This document shows, piece by piece, positions 37,483-51,984 of a stretch of 64,000 nt of DNA. The translations under genes and the position numbers were made by a program. This DNA is from Octopus vulgaris (Eukaryota): contig OX597843.1 in assembly GCA_951406725.2 (NCBI GenBank), positions 15,128,001-15,192,000 on the forward strand, read 5' to 3'. Every line of letters starts with the position of its first letter. Within the stretch, counting starts at the first letter, position 1. A model generated the notes under the pieces. The model saw only the letters and a program-made list of their open reading frames with translations, was not told the origin of the DNA and searched no databases.

Positions 37483-39101
37483 CATCATCGTTTAGCGTCC
37501 GCTTTCCATGCTGGCATGGGTTGGACGGTTCAACTGGGGTCTGGGAAGCCAGAAGGCTGCACTAAGCCCAGTCTGATCTGGCAGTGTTTCTACGGCTGGA
37601 TGTCCTTCCTAACGCCAACCACTCCATGAGTGTAGTAGGTGCTTTTTATGTGCCACCAGCACAGGTGCCAGGGGAGGCTGGCATCGGCCACGTTCAGATG
37701 GTGCTTTTTATGTGCCTCCGGCACAGGTATCACGACTACAATTTCCATTTGATATTTATTTTGATGTTGATGTACTTGACTCAATAGGTCTCCTCATATA
37801 TATGTATATATATATATGTGTATATGAATATATATAAATGTATATATATTTATGCATATATATATATATGTGTGTATATGAATATATATAAATGTATATA
37901 TATTTATGCATATATATATGTGTGTGTGTGTGTGTGTGTATATATATGTATATATGTGTGTATATATATATATATATGTATATATGTGTGTGTATATATA
38001 TATATATATATTAGGGTGTGAAAAAGTGCCACACCCTAGCTGTTGAGGGAACCTGTGGAATAGGCAGACCCAGGAAAACCTGGGACGAGGTGGTGAAGCA
38101 CGACCTTCAAACTTTAGGTCTCACCGAGGAAATGACTAGAGACCGAGACCTTTGGAAGTATACTGTGCGTGAGAAGACCCGGCAGGACAAGTGAGACCAT
38201 CACCCATGGCCTCAGTCCACTTATGCATACCTTTCTTTCTTGGGACACAAAACCCTACTTGTGAAGACCTGTTGAGGCAAGTGAAAATCAAATCATAAAA
38301 TCAAAAATCAAAATCGATCAACATGAATGGAAATTGTAGCTGTGATACCAGTGCCGGTGGCACATAAGAGAACCATCCGAACGTGGCCGTTGCCAGCGCC
38401 GCCCCAACTGGCCTCCGTGCTGGTGGCACGTAAAAAGCACCATCCAATTGTGGCCATTTGCCAGCTTCGTCTGGCATGTAAAAAGCACCCACTACACTCA
38501 CGGAGTGGTTGGCGTTAGGAAGGGCATCCAGCCGTAGAAACATTACCAGATCAGACTGGAGCCTGGTGCAGCCTCCTGGCTTTCCAGACCCCAGTTGCAC
38601 CGTCCAACCCATGCTAGCATGGAAAGCGGACGTTAAACGATGATGATGATGATATATACACATACACACAACCACACACACACACATGCATCTACACACA
38701 CAGGTACTCACACACAAACAATTCTTGTTTTTCTATTGTTTAGAACCCCAGCCTGACAAACCAATGTTTCCATGGTGATGTCATCGTTATTCACCTCCCC
38801 CCAACCTCCACCCTCCCCAACCAGACAAACAGCACTCCCTTCCTCTTCACCTTTTCACTTTCACACACATGCACCTCCCCGCCACATGGCTGTCATTAAT
38901 TAAATCGTCTTTGATCTAATTAGTCACTCATTAATAATTATAACCACTGATCTTGACCTTTTATATATGTGAGTGTGTGTGTATGTGTGTGTGTGGACAT
39001 GTGTGTGTATATGTGTGTGTATAGTATGCATGTTTGAGTGTGTGTATGTGTATGTATATCTACATATACGTGTGGTTGTGTGTGTGTATATATACATACA
39101 C

Positions 39102-39177
<76 letters not shown>

Positions 39178-39262
39178 ATACATATACATATATATATATG
39201 TATATATATATGTATATGTCTATATATATGTCTATATATATGTATATGTATATATATATATG

Positions 39263-39312
<50 letters not shown>

Positions 39313-39932
39313 CATATACATATACATATACATACGCACACACACACGCATATATATGTGTAGATATATATGTATATATATATACATATATATGTATATT
39401 TATGAAGTAGCATCAAGGAGTTCCCAGACTAGTTCTGTAGCGTGCCAGCAGATGGCAGCACATGGTTGCATGCACAACGAGAGGCTAGCAGTGACCTTCA
39501 TGAAGCCCTGTGCCGAGGGACAGTGCTGCGCTTCAGAAGCTGTGAAATTTGTGCTTTTGTGACCACGTGTATGATGTGGTCTGCGATTTTTGTCAGGACA
39601 GGAAGTTGGAACAAGGAACAAATGTGAAAGTTTGGCGTTAAAGTTAGGAAGTCTGCTACCGAGATGTTGAGCATACTTTAGTCGAGCAAATCGGCCCCGG
39701 GACTTACTCTTTGTAAGCCCAGTACTTATTCTATCGGTCTCATTTGCCGAACCGCTAAGTGACAGGGACGTAAACACACCAGCACTGGGGCTCCTGAATC
39801 ATAACAGGACATACCCCAGTCTCTGAGATGAGTTGTTGGTTGGATATGAAATCCGAGAAATAACTCGGGCCGACAAAAGCCTTGTGAGTGGATTTGGTAG
39901 ACGGAAACTAAAAGAAGCCTGTCGTATATATG

Positions 39933-40031
<99 letters not shown>

Positions 40032-41479
40032 ATGTTTGTGTGTCTGTGTTTGTCCCCCTAGCATTGCTTGACAACCGATGCTGGTGTGTTTATGTCCCCG
40101 TCACTTAGCGGTTCGGCAAAAAGAGACTGATAGAATAAGTATTAGGCTTACAAAGAATAAGTCCTGGGGTCGAGTTGCTCGATTAAAGGCGGTGCTCCAG
40201 CATGGCCGCAGTCAAATGACTGAAACAAGTAAAAGAGAAAAGAGAGTATTCTCCTATCAGGTTCAAACACTTACTGCAGGGGGTCCTTCAGTTTTTCTAA
40301 GCCCTGTAAAAGAACTCGGAAGGTTGGGTCTCCAACCAAACCTTTCGCGAGACCCTTAAAGCCTGGAACTTTTCAGGAGCCTCATCGTATTAATAAACAG
40401 AAAGACGGATAAAACTCCAAGTCTTGGCATAATAGTCCAAGGGACGTAAGCTCGAAATATTCACGGATATTTTTCTCGGTTGTCTCCCATCGTCCAGTTA
40501 AACATTTCTCGAGAAGGAGTGCGATGAAACACAATCCATCCGTGACTCTTCCATCATATAAGACATACATATAGAGAAGATTCTATTGTATTCTGCGATA
40601 TCTGCTTCGGCGTGTGGATTGCCTGGGGCAGGGGTGGTCATGGAATATGATAAAGATGCGTGTTGGAGAGAGAGAGAGGAGGAGAAAGAGAGAGAGAGAG
40701 AGAGGAGAAAGAGAGAGAGAGAGTGGGGAAGAGAGAGGCTGAAAGGGAGGGAGAGAGAGGGAGTGTGTGCGAATAAGTGAGAAAGTTAGGTATATAGAAC
40801 GATAGAGAGATATGTATGTATGTCATTATTCAGTTTATTCCAAGATTTCTTGCCAATAGAGAAAGAACCGGTTTCTAACCTATATTCAAGCCCCCTTCAT
40901 TGGAATTTCAACATCAACAACAGGGTATTTTTGTTTGTTTGTATGTATGTATGTATGTATGTATGTATGTATGTATGTATGTATGTATGTATGTATGTAT
41001 GTATGTATGGCGCAGGAGTGGCTGTGTGGTAAGTAGCTTGCTAACCAACCACATGGTTCCGGGTTCAGTCCCACTGCGTGGCACCTTGGGCAAGTGTCTT
41101 CTGCTATAGCCCCGGGCCGACCAATGCCTTGTGAGTGGATTTGGTAGACGGGAACTGAAAGAAGCCTGTCGTATATATGTATGTATGTGTGTGTATATGT
41201 TTGTGTGTCTGTGTTTGTCCTCCTAGCATTGCTTGACAACCGATGCTGGTGTGTTTACATCCCCGTCACTTAGCGGTTCGGCAAAAGAGACCGATAGACT
41301 GAAACAAGTAAAAGAGTAAAAGAGTAAAGAGTATGTATGTATGTATAACCGATGAGACATGATGCTGTAGCTGGGACATTCTATAATGAAATCCGTCGGA
41401 ATGATAATCCCGAGGACAAAGAAATAAGAACCCACAATATGGTAGAAGCCATAGCCACTCATAATAAAATGGAATACCT

Positions 41480-42087
41480 GTGAAGACCTCAATGAAATGT
41501 AAGCACAACAGACCTGATATAATGCTTTGGGATACAGAATACTGTGTACAGTTGTGGAAATCTGCTGCCCAGCGGATGTTAACATAAAGCTGAAGATCAG
41601 TGAAAAAGAGAACACCTACACTGAACTATTGAGAAATCTGAAGATACTCTATGCAGATTACAAGTTCAGGTTTGTACCTGTAATTATTGGGGCCGTGGGA
41701 TATGTAACACATTGCCTAAATACAAATCTTGAGAAATTAGGATTCTCAAAACCAGAAAGAAGAAAGCTAATTCGGGGACTACAGATCCAATCCATCACGG
41801 GAACTATAAAAGTCTGTAAAAGTTTCCCAGAAGTTTATCATGTAAATATATCCGAGCATGTCTAGATATGTAGCTATATGCATGAGAATATATACATAAG
41901 ACAAAACATTCAAATGTGCACATATACATACATACATACATACATACATACATACATACATACATACATACATACATACATACATACATACATACATACA
42001 TACACACATACATACATACATACATACATACATACATACATACACACATACATACACACATACATACATACATACATACATACATAC

Positions 42088-42144
<57 letters not shown>

Positions 42145-42265
42145 CACGCAAACAAAGATACCCTGTTGCTGATGTTGAAATCCCAATGAAGAGGCCTTGG
42201 ATCTAGGTTAGAAACCAGTTCTTTCTCTATTGGCAAGAAATCTTCAAATACAACTGAATAACGAC
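41480..42265 (+). mobile_element. R4/Dong-like LINE 3' end (restriction-like endonuclease) followed by a (TACA)n tract and downstream sequence; inverted copy of that downstream sequence at 40820-40940
   Basis: RPDI (frameshifted), VEICCPAD, EKENTY.EL, VPVIIGAVG and LQIQSITGT motifs. Confidence 0.75.
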
Positions 42266-42731
42266 ATCCACGTATAGCGAAACCTCGCAGTACGAGTTTA
42301 ATTCGTTCCACGACCAAACTCGTTTAATGATTTACTCGCTTTACAAATGAATTTTTGCCATCGAAATTAACTGAAATATAATTAATAGGTTCCAGCCCCA
42401 CAAAACCACCCCAAAACAATTTTTTATGGGTTTTAAAACAAAACAAAAAAAAAAGAAAAAATTGCAGTTAGAAGGAAAACGAAAATTATAAAAAAGAAAA
42501 GAATGCAAAAGAAATCTGTAAATTGGTTTTATTAATTGGATTCCTTAAAGATGGGACGATTTGTGTGCGAGGAAGACGGGGAGGAGGAGGGAGAAGAGGA
42601 TTATTGTTTGGAAGGAGAATCTCCTTCCATTCAGACTTCACGAAGGACAATTTCTATCGTTTTCTCTCCCATTTCGCTCAATTTAGGCGTTTTGGACGAA
42701 CTTTCTTCGCTCTTTACAATTATAAAAGTGA

Positions 42732-45700
42732 AATTATTGTATACAGTGCTCAGAAGCACCACAACTTGTCAGAAAGTGCGTATAAAGTATATGCAGTAAT
42801 GTACAAATGTCTGGGAAGTGAACAGTGTATGAGTCAGATACATGCTTGTGTGTGTATGGAGGGGAGAAGATCAGGTGTAGTGTTGGCGAATCTCTCAGGA
42901 AGCATGGAAGTTTTGAAGGATGCAGTGCTCCGACAACTAACAACTGATGCCGGCAGTTTGTTCCATGCTTCAGCGTGTGTATGGAGGGAGAAAATCAGGT
43001 GTAGTGTTGGCAAATCTCAGGAAGCATGGAAGTTTTGAAGGATGCAGTGCTCCGACAACTAACAACTGATGCCGGCAGTTTGTTCCATGCTTCAGCGTGT
43101 GTATAGAGGGGAGAAAGATCAGGTGTAGTGTTGGCGAATCTCAGGAAGCATGGAAGTTTTGAAGGATGCAGTGCTCCGACAACTAACAACTGATGCCGGC
43201 AGTTTGTTCCATGCTTCAGCGTGTGTATGGAGGGGAGAAAAATCAGGTGTAGTGTTGGCGAATCTCAGGAAGCATGGAAGTTTTGAAGGATGCAGTGCTC
43301 CGACAACTAACAACTGATGCCGGCAGTTTGTTCCATGCTTCAGCGTGTGTATGGAGAGGAGGAAATCAGGTGTAGTGTTGGCGAATCTCAGAAAGCATGG
43401 AAGTTTTGAAGGATGCAGTGCTCCGACAACTAACAACTGATGCCGGCAGTTTGTTCCATGCTTCAGCGTGTGTATGGAGGGGAGAAAGATCAGGTGTAGT
43501 GTTGGCGAATCTCAGGAAGCATGGAAGTTTTGAAGGATGCAGTGCTCCGACAACTAACAACTGATGCCGGCAGTTTGTTCCATGCTTCAGCGTGTGTATG
43601 AAGGGGAGAAAGATCAGGTGTAGTGTTGGCGAATCTCAGGAAGCATGGAAGTTTTGAAGGATGCAGTGCTCCGACAACCAACAACTGATGCCGGCAGTTT
43701 GTTCCATGCTTCAGCGTGTGTATGGGGAGAAAATCAGGTGTAGTGTTGGCAAATCTCAGAAAGCATGGAAGTTTTGAAGGATGCGGTGCTCCGACAACCA
43801 ACAACTGATGCCGGCAGTTTGTTCCATGCTTCAGCGTGTGTATAGAGGGGAGAAAATCAGGTGTAGTGTTGGCAAATCTCAGAAAGCATGGAAGTTTTGA
43901 AGGATGCGGTGCTCCGACAACCAACAACTGATGCTGGCAGTTTGTTCCATGCTTCAGCGTGTGTATGGAGGGAGAAAATCAGGTGTAGTGTTGGCAAATC
44001 TCAGAAAGCATGGAAATTTTGAAGGATGCAGTGCTCCGACAACCAACAACTGATGCCGGCAGTTTGTTCCATGCTTCAGCGTGTGTATAGAGGGGAGAAA
44101 ATCAGGTGTAGTGTTGGCAAATCTCAGAAAGCATGGAAGTTTTGAAGGATGCAGTGCTCCGACAACCAACGACTGATGCCGGCAGTTTGTTCCATGCTTC
44201 AGCGTGTGTATGGAGGGGAGAAAATCAGGTGTAGTGTTGGCGAATCTCAGAAAGCATGGAAGTTTTGAAGGATGCGGTTCTCCGACAACCAACAACTGAT
44301 GCCGGCAGTTTGTTCCATGCTTCAGCGTGTGTATGGAGGAGAAAATCAGGTGTAGTGTTGGCGAATCTCAGAAAGCATGGAAGTTTTGAAGGATGCGGTG
44401 CTCCGACAACCAACAACTGATGCCGGCAGTTTGTTCCATGCTTCAGCGTGTGTATGGAGGGGAGAAAATCAGGTGTAGTGTTGGCAAATCTCAGAAAGCA
44501 TGGAAGTTTTGAAGGATGCGGTGCTCCGACAACCAACAACTGATGCCGGCAGTTTGTTCCATGCTTCAGCGTGTGTATGGAGGGGAGAAAATCAGGTGTA
44601 GCGTTGGCGAATCTCAGAAAGCATGGAAGTTTTGAAGGATGCAGTGCTCCAACAACCAACAACTGATGCCGGCAGTTTGTTCCATGCTTCAGCGTGTGTA
44701 TGGAGGGGAGAAAATCAGGTGTAGTGTTGGCAAATCTCAGGAAGCATGGAAGTTTTGGAGGATGCGGTGCTCCGACAACCAACAACTGATGCCGGCAGTT
44801 TGTTCCATGCTTCAGCGTGTGTATGGAGGGGAGAAAATCAGGTGTAGTGTTGGCGAATCTCAGGAAGCATGGAAGTTTTGAAGGATGCGGTGCTTCGACA
44901 ACCAACAACTGATGCTGGCAGTTTGTTCCATGCTTCAGCGTGTGTATAGAGGGGAGAAAATCAGGTGTAGTGTTGGCAAATCTCAGAAAGCATGGAAGTT
45001 TTGAAGGATGCAGTGCTCCGACAACCAACAACTGATGCTGGCAGTTTGTTCCATGCTTCAGCGTGTGTATGGAGGGGAGAAAATCAGGTGTAGTGTTGGC
45101 AAATCTCAGAAAGCATGGAAGTTTTGAAGGATGCGGTGCTCCGACAACCAACAACTGATGCTGGCAGTTTGTTCCATGCTTCAGCGTGTGTATGGAGGGG
45201 AGAAAATCAGGTGTAGTGTTGGCAAATCTCAGAAAGCATGGAAGTTTTGAAGGATGCGGTGCTCCGACAACCAACAACTGATGCCGGCAGTTTGTTCCAT
45301 GCTTCAGCGTGTGTATGGAGGGGAGAAAATCAGGTGTAGTGTTGGCGAATCTCAGAAAGCATGGAAGTTTTGAAGGATGCGGTGCTCCGACAACCAACAA
45401 CTGATGCCGGCAGTTTGTTCCATGCTTCAGCGTGTGTATGGAGGGGAGAAAATTAGGTGTAGTGTTGGCAAATCTCAGAAAGCATGGAAGTTTTGAAGGA
45501 TGCAGTGCTCCGACAACCAACAACTGATGCCGGCAGTTTGCTCCATGCTTCAGCAACTCTCAGCGTGAAAAAATGTTTCCTAAAGTCATGGGAGCTGTGC
45601 TGTTTTCTGACTTTGTAAATATGCCCACGGGTGTTAGACGGGTGGAGTTTGAAAAGGTGCTCAGAGTTATTGTTTGTAAGATGGTTAATAATTTTATGGG

Positions 45701-46037
45701 TGTCTGCCAAGTCAGCTGCCAGACGTCGGAGTTTCAATGTGTCCATGCCCAGGGAAGTAAGGCATTCAGAATATGGCAAATGCCTGATGGAGGGTATTCT
45801 TTTGGTTGCACGTCGCTGAACGGCTTCCAGACGATTAATATCCTGGGCAAGATAGGGGTTCCAGACCGGTGATGCATATTTCAGGGGAGGTCTTACCATA
45901 GCTATATAAAGCCGCAGATAGATAGTCGGAGAGCGGCTCGCAAAGGATTTGGTGAGTGATGCCAAGACACCCTCAGCCTTCTTGGCAAATGTGTTTTGTC
46001 CAACGCAAATCACTGTCGACAATAACACCCAGGTCAC
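42732..46037 (-). mobile_element. CR1-like LINE 3' fragment with a ~123-bp segment amplified to 22 tandem copies (42871-45555)
   Basis: ORF 45453-46037 RLYIAMVRPPLKYASPVWNPY; unit starts counted from 42871 to 45453. Confidence 0.93.
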
Positions 46038-46039
46038 GT

Positions 46040-47083
46040 TTTGCAGGATGTTTCATTAAGTAAAGTCTGCTTTTCCTGTTTTTCAAAATGTTACCAAAAT
46101 GCGCCGCCAGAACAGAGTCATTAAATAAGGCAGCTACACGACCTGCAGATACTTTTTCAGGATGATTTTTTTTCTATAAATTCAGAAACATTCTGCCACT
46201 TTGCCAACACAGCCTTCATGTCACTCGTAAGAGATAGCATTCTCTGCTACTCTGTCCTCCTCCGGGGAACCAATCTCTTCCACCGCATCCAAATGCTGCT
46301 GTTCCAGATACTGCAGGCGTTCATCTGGCGTCAGCCCCTCTGAGGTTTCCTCGACGATATCGTTAATGTCCCCATCCTCAACCTCGAGCCCCATGGATTG
46401 GCCAAGAGGGGGTAGGCTTCGGGTTCAAGGCTTTCGGTAAAAGAAAATACAGGAGGATCAGTTAATTATGATTTTATTCAACATATTCGATCGTGGCCGT
46501 TGCCAGCCTCGCCTGGCCCCTCTGCCGCTGGCACGCAAAAAGCACCCACTACACACATGGAGTGGTTGGCGTTAGGACTACGGGTGTCTTAGACTCAAAC
46601 CCCTCGAAGTCTCTTTCGGCTAAGCAGTTTCCTCCATGCAGAATTTAGCATCCTCCTCGTTTCTCCCTGCTAGGCCATAATTGATGATTTTCAAGCAGTT
46701 AACAATGTTGTAGTGCTCCTTTCAAAACCCACGAATGGTTAGATTTGTATTTTCGGCGAGTTCGAAGCACCGACGAAACAGGAGTTTAGTATACCATTTC
46801 TTAAAATTAGACATCCCCTGTTGGTCCACGAGCTGCTGGTTGAGGGGTGGGGTGTTGCGTGAAAGGTATATTCTCTCTTTACTTTTTTACTTGTTTCAGT
46901 CATTTGACTGCGGCCATGCAGGAGCACCGCCTTTAGTCGAGCAAATCGACCCCGGGACTTATTCTTTGTAAGCCCAGTACTTATTCAATCAGTCTCTTTT
47001 TGCCGAACCGCTAAGTGACGGGGACGTAAACACACCAGCATCGGTTGTCAAGGAATGCTAGGGGGGCAATCACAGACACACAA

Positions 47084-47168
<85 letters not shown>

Positions 47169-47450
47169 CATATATACGACAGGCTTCTTTTAGTTTCCGT
47201 CTACCAAATCCACTCACAAGGCTTTGGTCGGCCCGAGGTTATAGCAGAATACATTTGCCCAAGATGCCACGCAGTGGGACTGAACCCGGAACCATGTGGT
47301 TGGTAAGCAAACTACTTACCACACAGCCACTCCTGGGACTTTTATAAATCTAAATTTGTCTGGGATATCATCTTCGAAGTTAGGAAGGTGAGCAGGAGCA
47401 TTGTTGAGGATGAGGAGGGCCTTGAGGGGAAGGTCGTTCCCTAGAAGGGA
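46040..47450 (-). pseudogene. Pogo/Tigger-like transposase relics interrupted by SINEs
   Basis: Minus strand near 47350-47435 reads FPLKALLILNNAPAHLP; near 46300-46400 MGLEVEDGDINDIVEE. Confidence 0.5.
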
Positions 47451-47999
47451 CTTTCTCACTGCTGGTCCGAAGATAAGGTTGACCTGTTCGGTGAAGAATG
47501 CCTGGTGAAACGTTTGCTCTCAACATGACACACACTCATAAATATATTCGTGTCTGTACATACGTAAGGATTCGAAAACAAAATTCTACGATCGCTTCCC
47601 ACACTTTTTCTCTGCCAACCACCCCCAAAAAAGAAGGGGAAAAAAACCCCGGAAAATTCGAAAGATTTGTGAATTGACAGAACGATCAAAGGGACATAAA
47701 TCTGAAATGCATATATGGCTATTTTTACTAGTTGTCTCCCATTCACCAGATGAATATTTTACTCAGCTGATGCCTTGGTTACTTACGGCTAGCCATGCTT
47801 ATCCACAGCCAAGAAAAAGTGTGATCAAATACAACCCAGCCGTGACCATCCGATCATATAAGAGATATACCAAGTACAGCCAAGCCTCTACTGTATACTA
47901 CGATATCTAATTCGACATACGGTTCGAAGTGTGAACTTAGCTTGCTATTTTTTATTCCAGATATATTTTAAGACCAAAGGTCGTTCACGAAGCCTCAAA

Positions 48000-49000
48000 A
48001 CGGGTTGTTTGGGGTCAGCAGTGAACGTGATCTGCATAAAAGGATTTCCCTGATCAACGTGTCAATCTTTTTCAACTTAAAGTTGGTCCTTTTGAAGCTG
48101 AGGGCTCTTCCAGTCGCTCCGGACTGCAACAGGACACTCTTATCAGGACAGCAAAGAATATCGAAAAGAGTGTGGGAGCAGGACTATCTCCTTGCTTTAC
48201 TCCATTCTTAATCAGAACTTCTGAGGCCATTTCTTCTGAGTCCGTGCGTATCACTTAGGTTTACGAGAGAGGGATGACCTCCCTTATCAAATACCATAAG
48301 GGCACAGAAAGTGTGCCTAAAGCCAGCTGGAGACGATGATCTCCTGGGGCTAAAAGCTACAGTAACACCCACCCTTGGTGGTTAGCCATATTGAGATGGC
48401 TAGTACACCTTACATTGTCCTGCAGTTACTGATTACATCTCGTTCAGAGATTTATTATTGCTTGCAGACAGTTTTTCGAAATCAGTGACGGAAGTTACTG
48501 GGAAAAACATTAAATAGATATTCGCAAACAGGTCCACTCATCAAGAACTGGTGATTGCCGTATGTTGACAAGAGGCAAATACTTCGAAACTGCAGTCCGT
48601 GCGTAACACTTAGGTTTGCGAGAGGGGATGACCTCCCTTTGCAAATATCATAAGGGCACCGAAATTGTGTCTAAAGCCAGCTGGAGACGATGATCTCCTG
48701 GGGCTAAAAAGCTACAGTAACACCCACCCTTTGTGGTTAGCCATATTGAGATGGCTAGTATACTTTACGTTGTATCAAAAGTGTTTGTGAAATAAACCAA
48801 GATTTGTTTATAAGTTCATCTACCGTTCAGTGCATCTCTTATGTATCTTGTCCATTGTTCCCCTACGTTGTCTAAAGCTACCCTGTAATTCGGGGGTGAA
48901 TGCAGGTCGGGGGTCTTCCATCATCCCGTTTAACAGAAGTCTAGCAAGCACTTTGTTCACAGCTTCCAGGACTGTGATGTCATGGTTGGGATCATGGATT
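48000..49000 (-). pseudogene. Degraded RTE RT relic interrupted by the retrozyme-like element
   Basis: NGVKQGDSPAPTLFSIFF (48072-48254) and KVLARLLLN near 48930-48955. Confidence 0.65.
48239..48773 (+). mobile_element. Retrozyme-like element, 355-bp unit, ~1.5 copies, HHR at 48559-48603
   Basis: agtccgtgcgta at 48239 and 48594; cguaug-UUGACAA-gagg-caaaua-cuuc-GAAA-cugcag-UC-cgugcg. Confidence 0.8.
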
Positions 49001-49098
49001 GCTGTTTGTCCTTTGACTTTGAAGAAAAACTCTTAAATGAAGTACCGAAGGGTACTGGCTCCAAATCCTTCCATAAACAGTAGACAGACAGACAGGCA

Positions 49099-49188
<90 letters not shown>

Positions 49189-49353
49189 TACACACATGCA
49201 TACATCTACATGCAAACACATACATGTATACATACATATAGTTCCGGGTTCAGTTCCATTGCGTGGCAACTTGGACAAGTGTTTCTACTATAACCTTGGC
49301 CCGACCAAAGTCTTGTGAGTGGATTTAGTAGGCGGAAATTGAAAGAAGCCCGT

Positions 49354-49413
<60 letters not shown>

Positions 49414-49533
49414 TAGATAGATAGGTAGATAGATAGATCTTTGACTTCTGGCCGAAATCAGATCGCCATGTTGATTCGCTAGCCTCTGCACGCATTTTTT
49501 TCCCTCCTTCTTTCTGTGTTTCTTCTCTGTGTA

Positions 49534-49571
49534 TCTTTCTGTTGAAGAGCGTAGGCTCGAAACGTTAAAGA
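49534..49571 (+). ncRNA. Minimal type I HHR motif (A6 to U) in a Penelope-like end
   Basis: ucuuu-CUGUUGA-A-gagc-guag-gcuc-GAAA-cg-UU-aaaga. Confidence 0.6.
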
Positions 49572-49780
49572 CTTGTTTTATTTATATTTCCTGAGCGCAC
49601 TACTAATACAATTGTTTGTTTGTATTCCACCTGCCTTCGTCTTTTGTTTATTTTCATAAAGCTTCTCGTTATATATATATATAGATAGGTAGATCGATAG
49701 ATAGATATATAGATTGATAGATAGGTAGAGATAGGTAGATAGATAGATAGGTAGATAGATAGATAGGTAGATAGATAGGT

Positions 49781-49853
<73 letters not shown>

Positions 49854-49882
49854 TAGATAGATAGATAGATAGATAGGTAGAT

Positions 49883-49948
<66 letters not shown>

Positions 49949-49954
49949 GTAGAT

Positions 49955-49998
<44 letters not shown>

Positions 49999-50069
49999 TA
50001 TATACACACGGAAACACGTATATACCTACAGACGAAGTTGACCCCATTGAGAGCGATGGGTCAAAAGAA

Positions 50070-50385
50070 TATTGGTATCGTTGTGCGGGGCCACAAGAAA
50101 AAAAGGGATCTGTTCTGTGGGGGAAATCAGCTGTCCCCCACCCCAACACGAATGGGGTTAGAAAAATACAAAGGAAAGAAGACTTCTACGGACCTTTAAT
50201 AAGGAGTTTGAAAACCCAAGATACACTTTCAGTTTCATAGCCATCATTATTGGAGCAACAGGGTACATACCGACCCACCCGGAGCAAAGTGTGGCCGAAT
50301 ATGGGATCTTGGAGAGAGAATGCAAATCCTTAATTCATATATTACAAATGATCACAATATCTGGGACTTTAAATATCTGCCGTCT
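50070..50385 (+). pseudogene. Degraded R4/Dong-like endonuclease fragment
   Basis: [23 protein letters not shown] and LQMITISGTLNIC parallel the 41527-41865 ORF. Confidence 0.55.
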
Positions 50386-50913
50386 TAAGATTTAAAGGAA
50401 GACGGTCAAAAGAAGATGCGTTCCTTCAGAGTCTTGCTACCAAATATGGCGGCCGGTCGGAGTTTGGTCGAAATTCAAAAGAGAAAGAGAAGAACAAACA
50501 AACGGACGTACATACAAACATGCATGCGTACACACATGCATACACGCATACATGCATAAATGCATAGAGACATTCCTACATGCATACACACCCGTAGAGA
50601 GCAAACTCCTCCTACTCCTCACCACCATCATCACCACCACCACATGCATTCATCAGAGGCATCCACTCCCACTTCCTACTCCCCCCTCTTCCTCCCTATC
50701 ACCATATTTTCACCGCCTCTTTTCCCGCCCCCACCACCCTTCCCGCTTTCAATAATTCTATAGTTTACATGTCAAACCCGTGATTGCTTCCTCTTCTCCC
50801 AAATTCTCCCCACCACCACACCTCCCCCTCTCTCTCTTACTCTCCCTCTCCTTCTCTCGCTTTCATTTTTGGAACTACTTCCTTCCTTCGTATACTATGC
50901 AAAATACTGAAAT

Positions 50914-51716
<803 letters not shown>

Positions 51717-51786
51717 GTGACCGCGTGTGTACCGTTGGCGATTTTTTTCCTCTGTCTTCCCTTCTCTGGATCTTTCCTTCTCCTAT

Positions 51787-51821
51787 GTTTCTGACGAAGA
51801 GCTCCGCTCGAAACGTTAAAC
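51787..51821 (+). ncRNA. Minimal type I HHR with intact core (family A element 51718-51922)
   Basis: guuu-CUGACGA-A-gagc-ucc-gcuc-GAAA-cg-UU-aaac. Confidence 0.8.
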
Positions 51822-51950
51822 CCTCCTTCTTTCCTTCTTTCCTGAGCGTCCAATAATACTATACTTGTTCCACGTCCTCGCGTTGTTGTGTTATCTCTTT
51901 GTGTTTTCATGTTTGGATTAACTATGTATGTATATATGTATGTATGTATG

Positions 51951-51984
<34 letters not shown>

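Noticed and set aside
42871-45555. CRISPR-like array (also 7453-8558 and 21320-21801)
   Set aside because: Whole units repeat with no unique spacers; two arrays are LINE-derived; no cas genes; eukaryotic context
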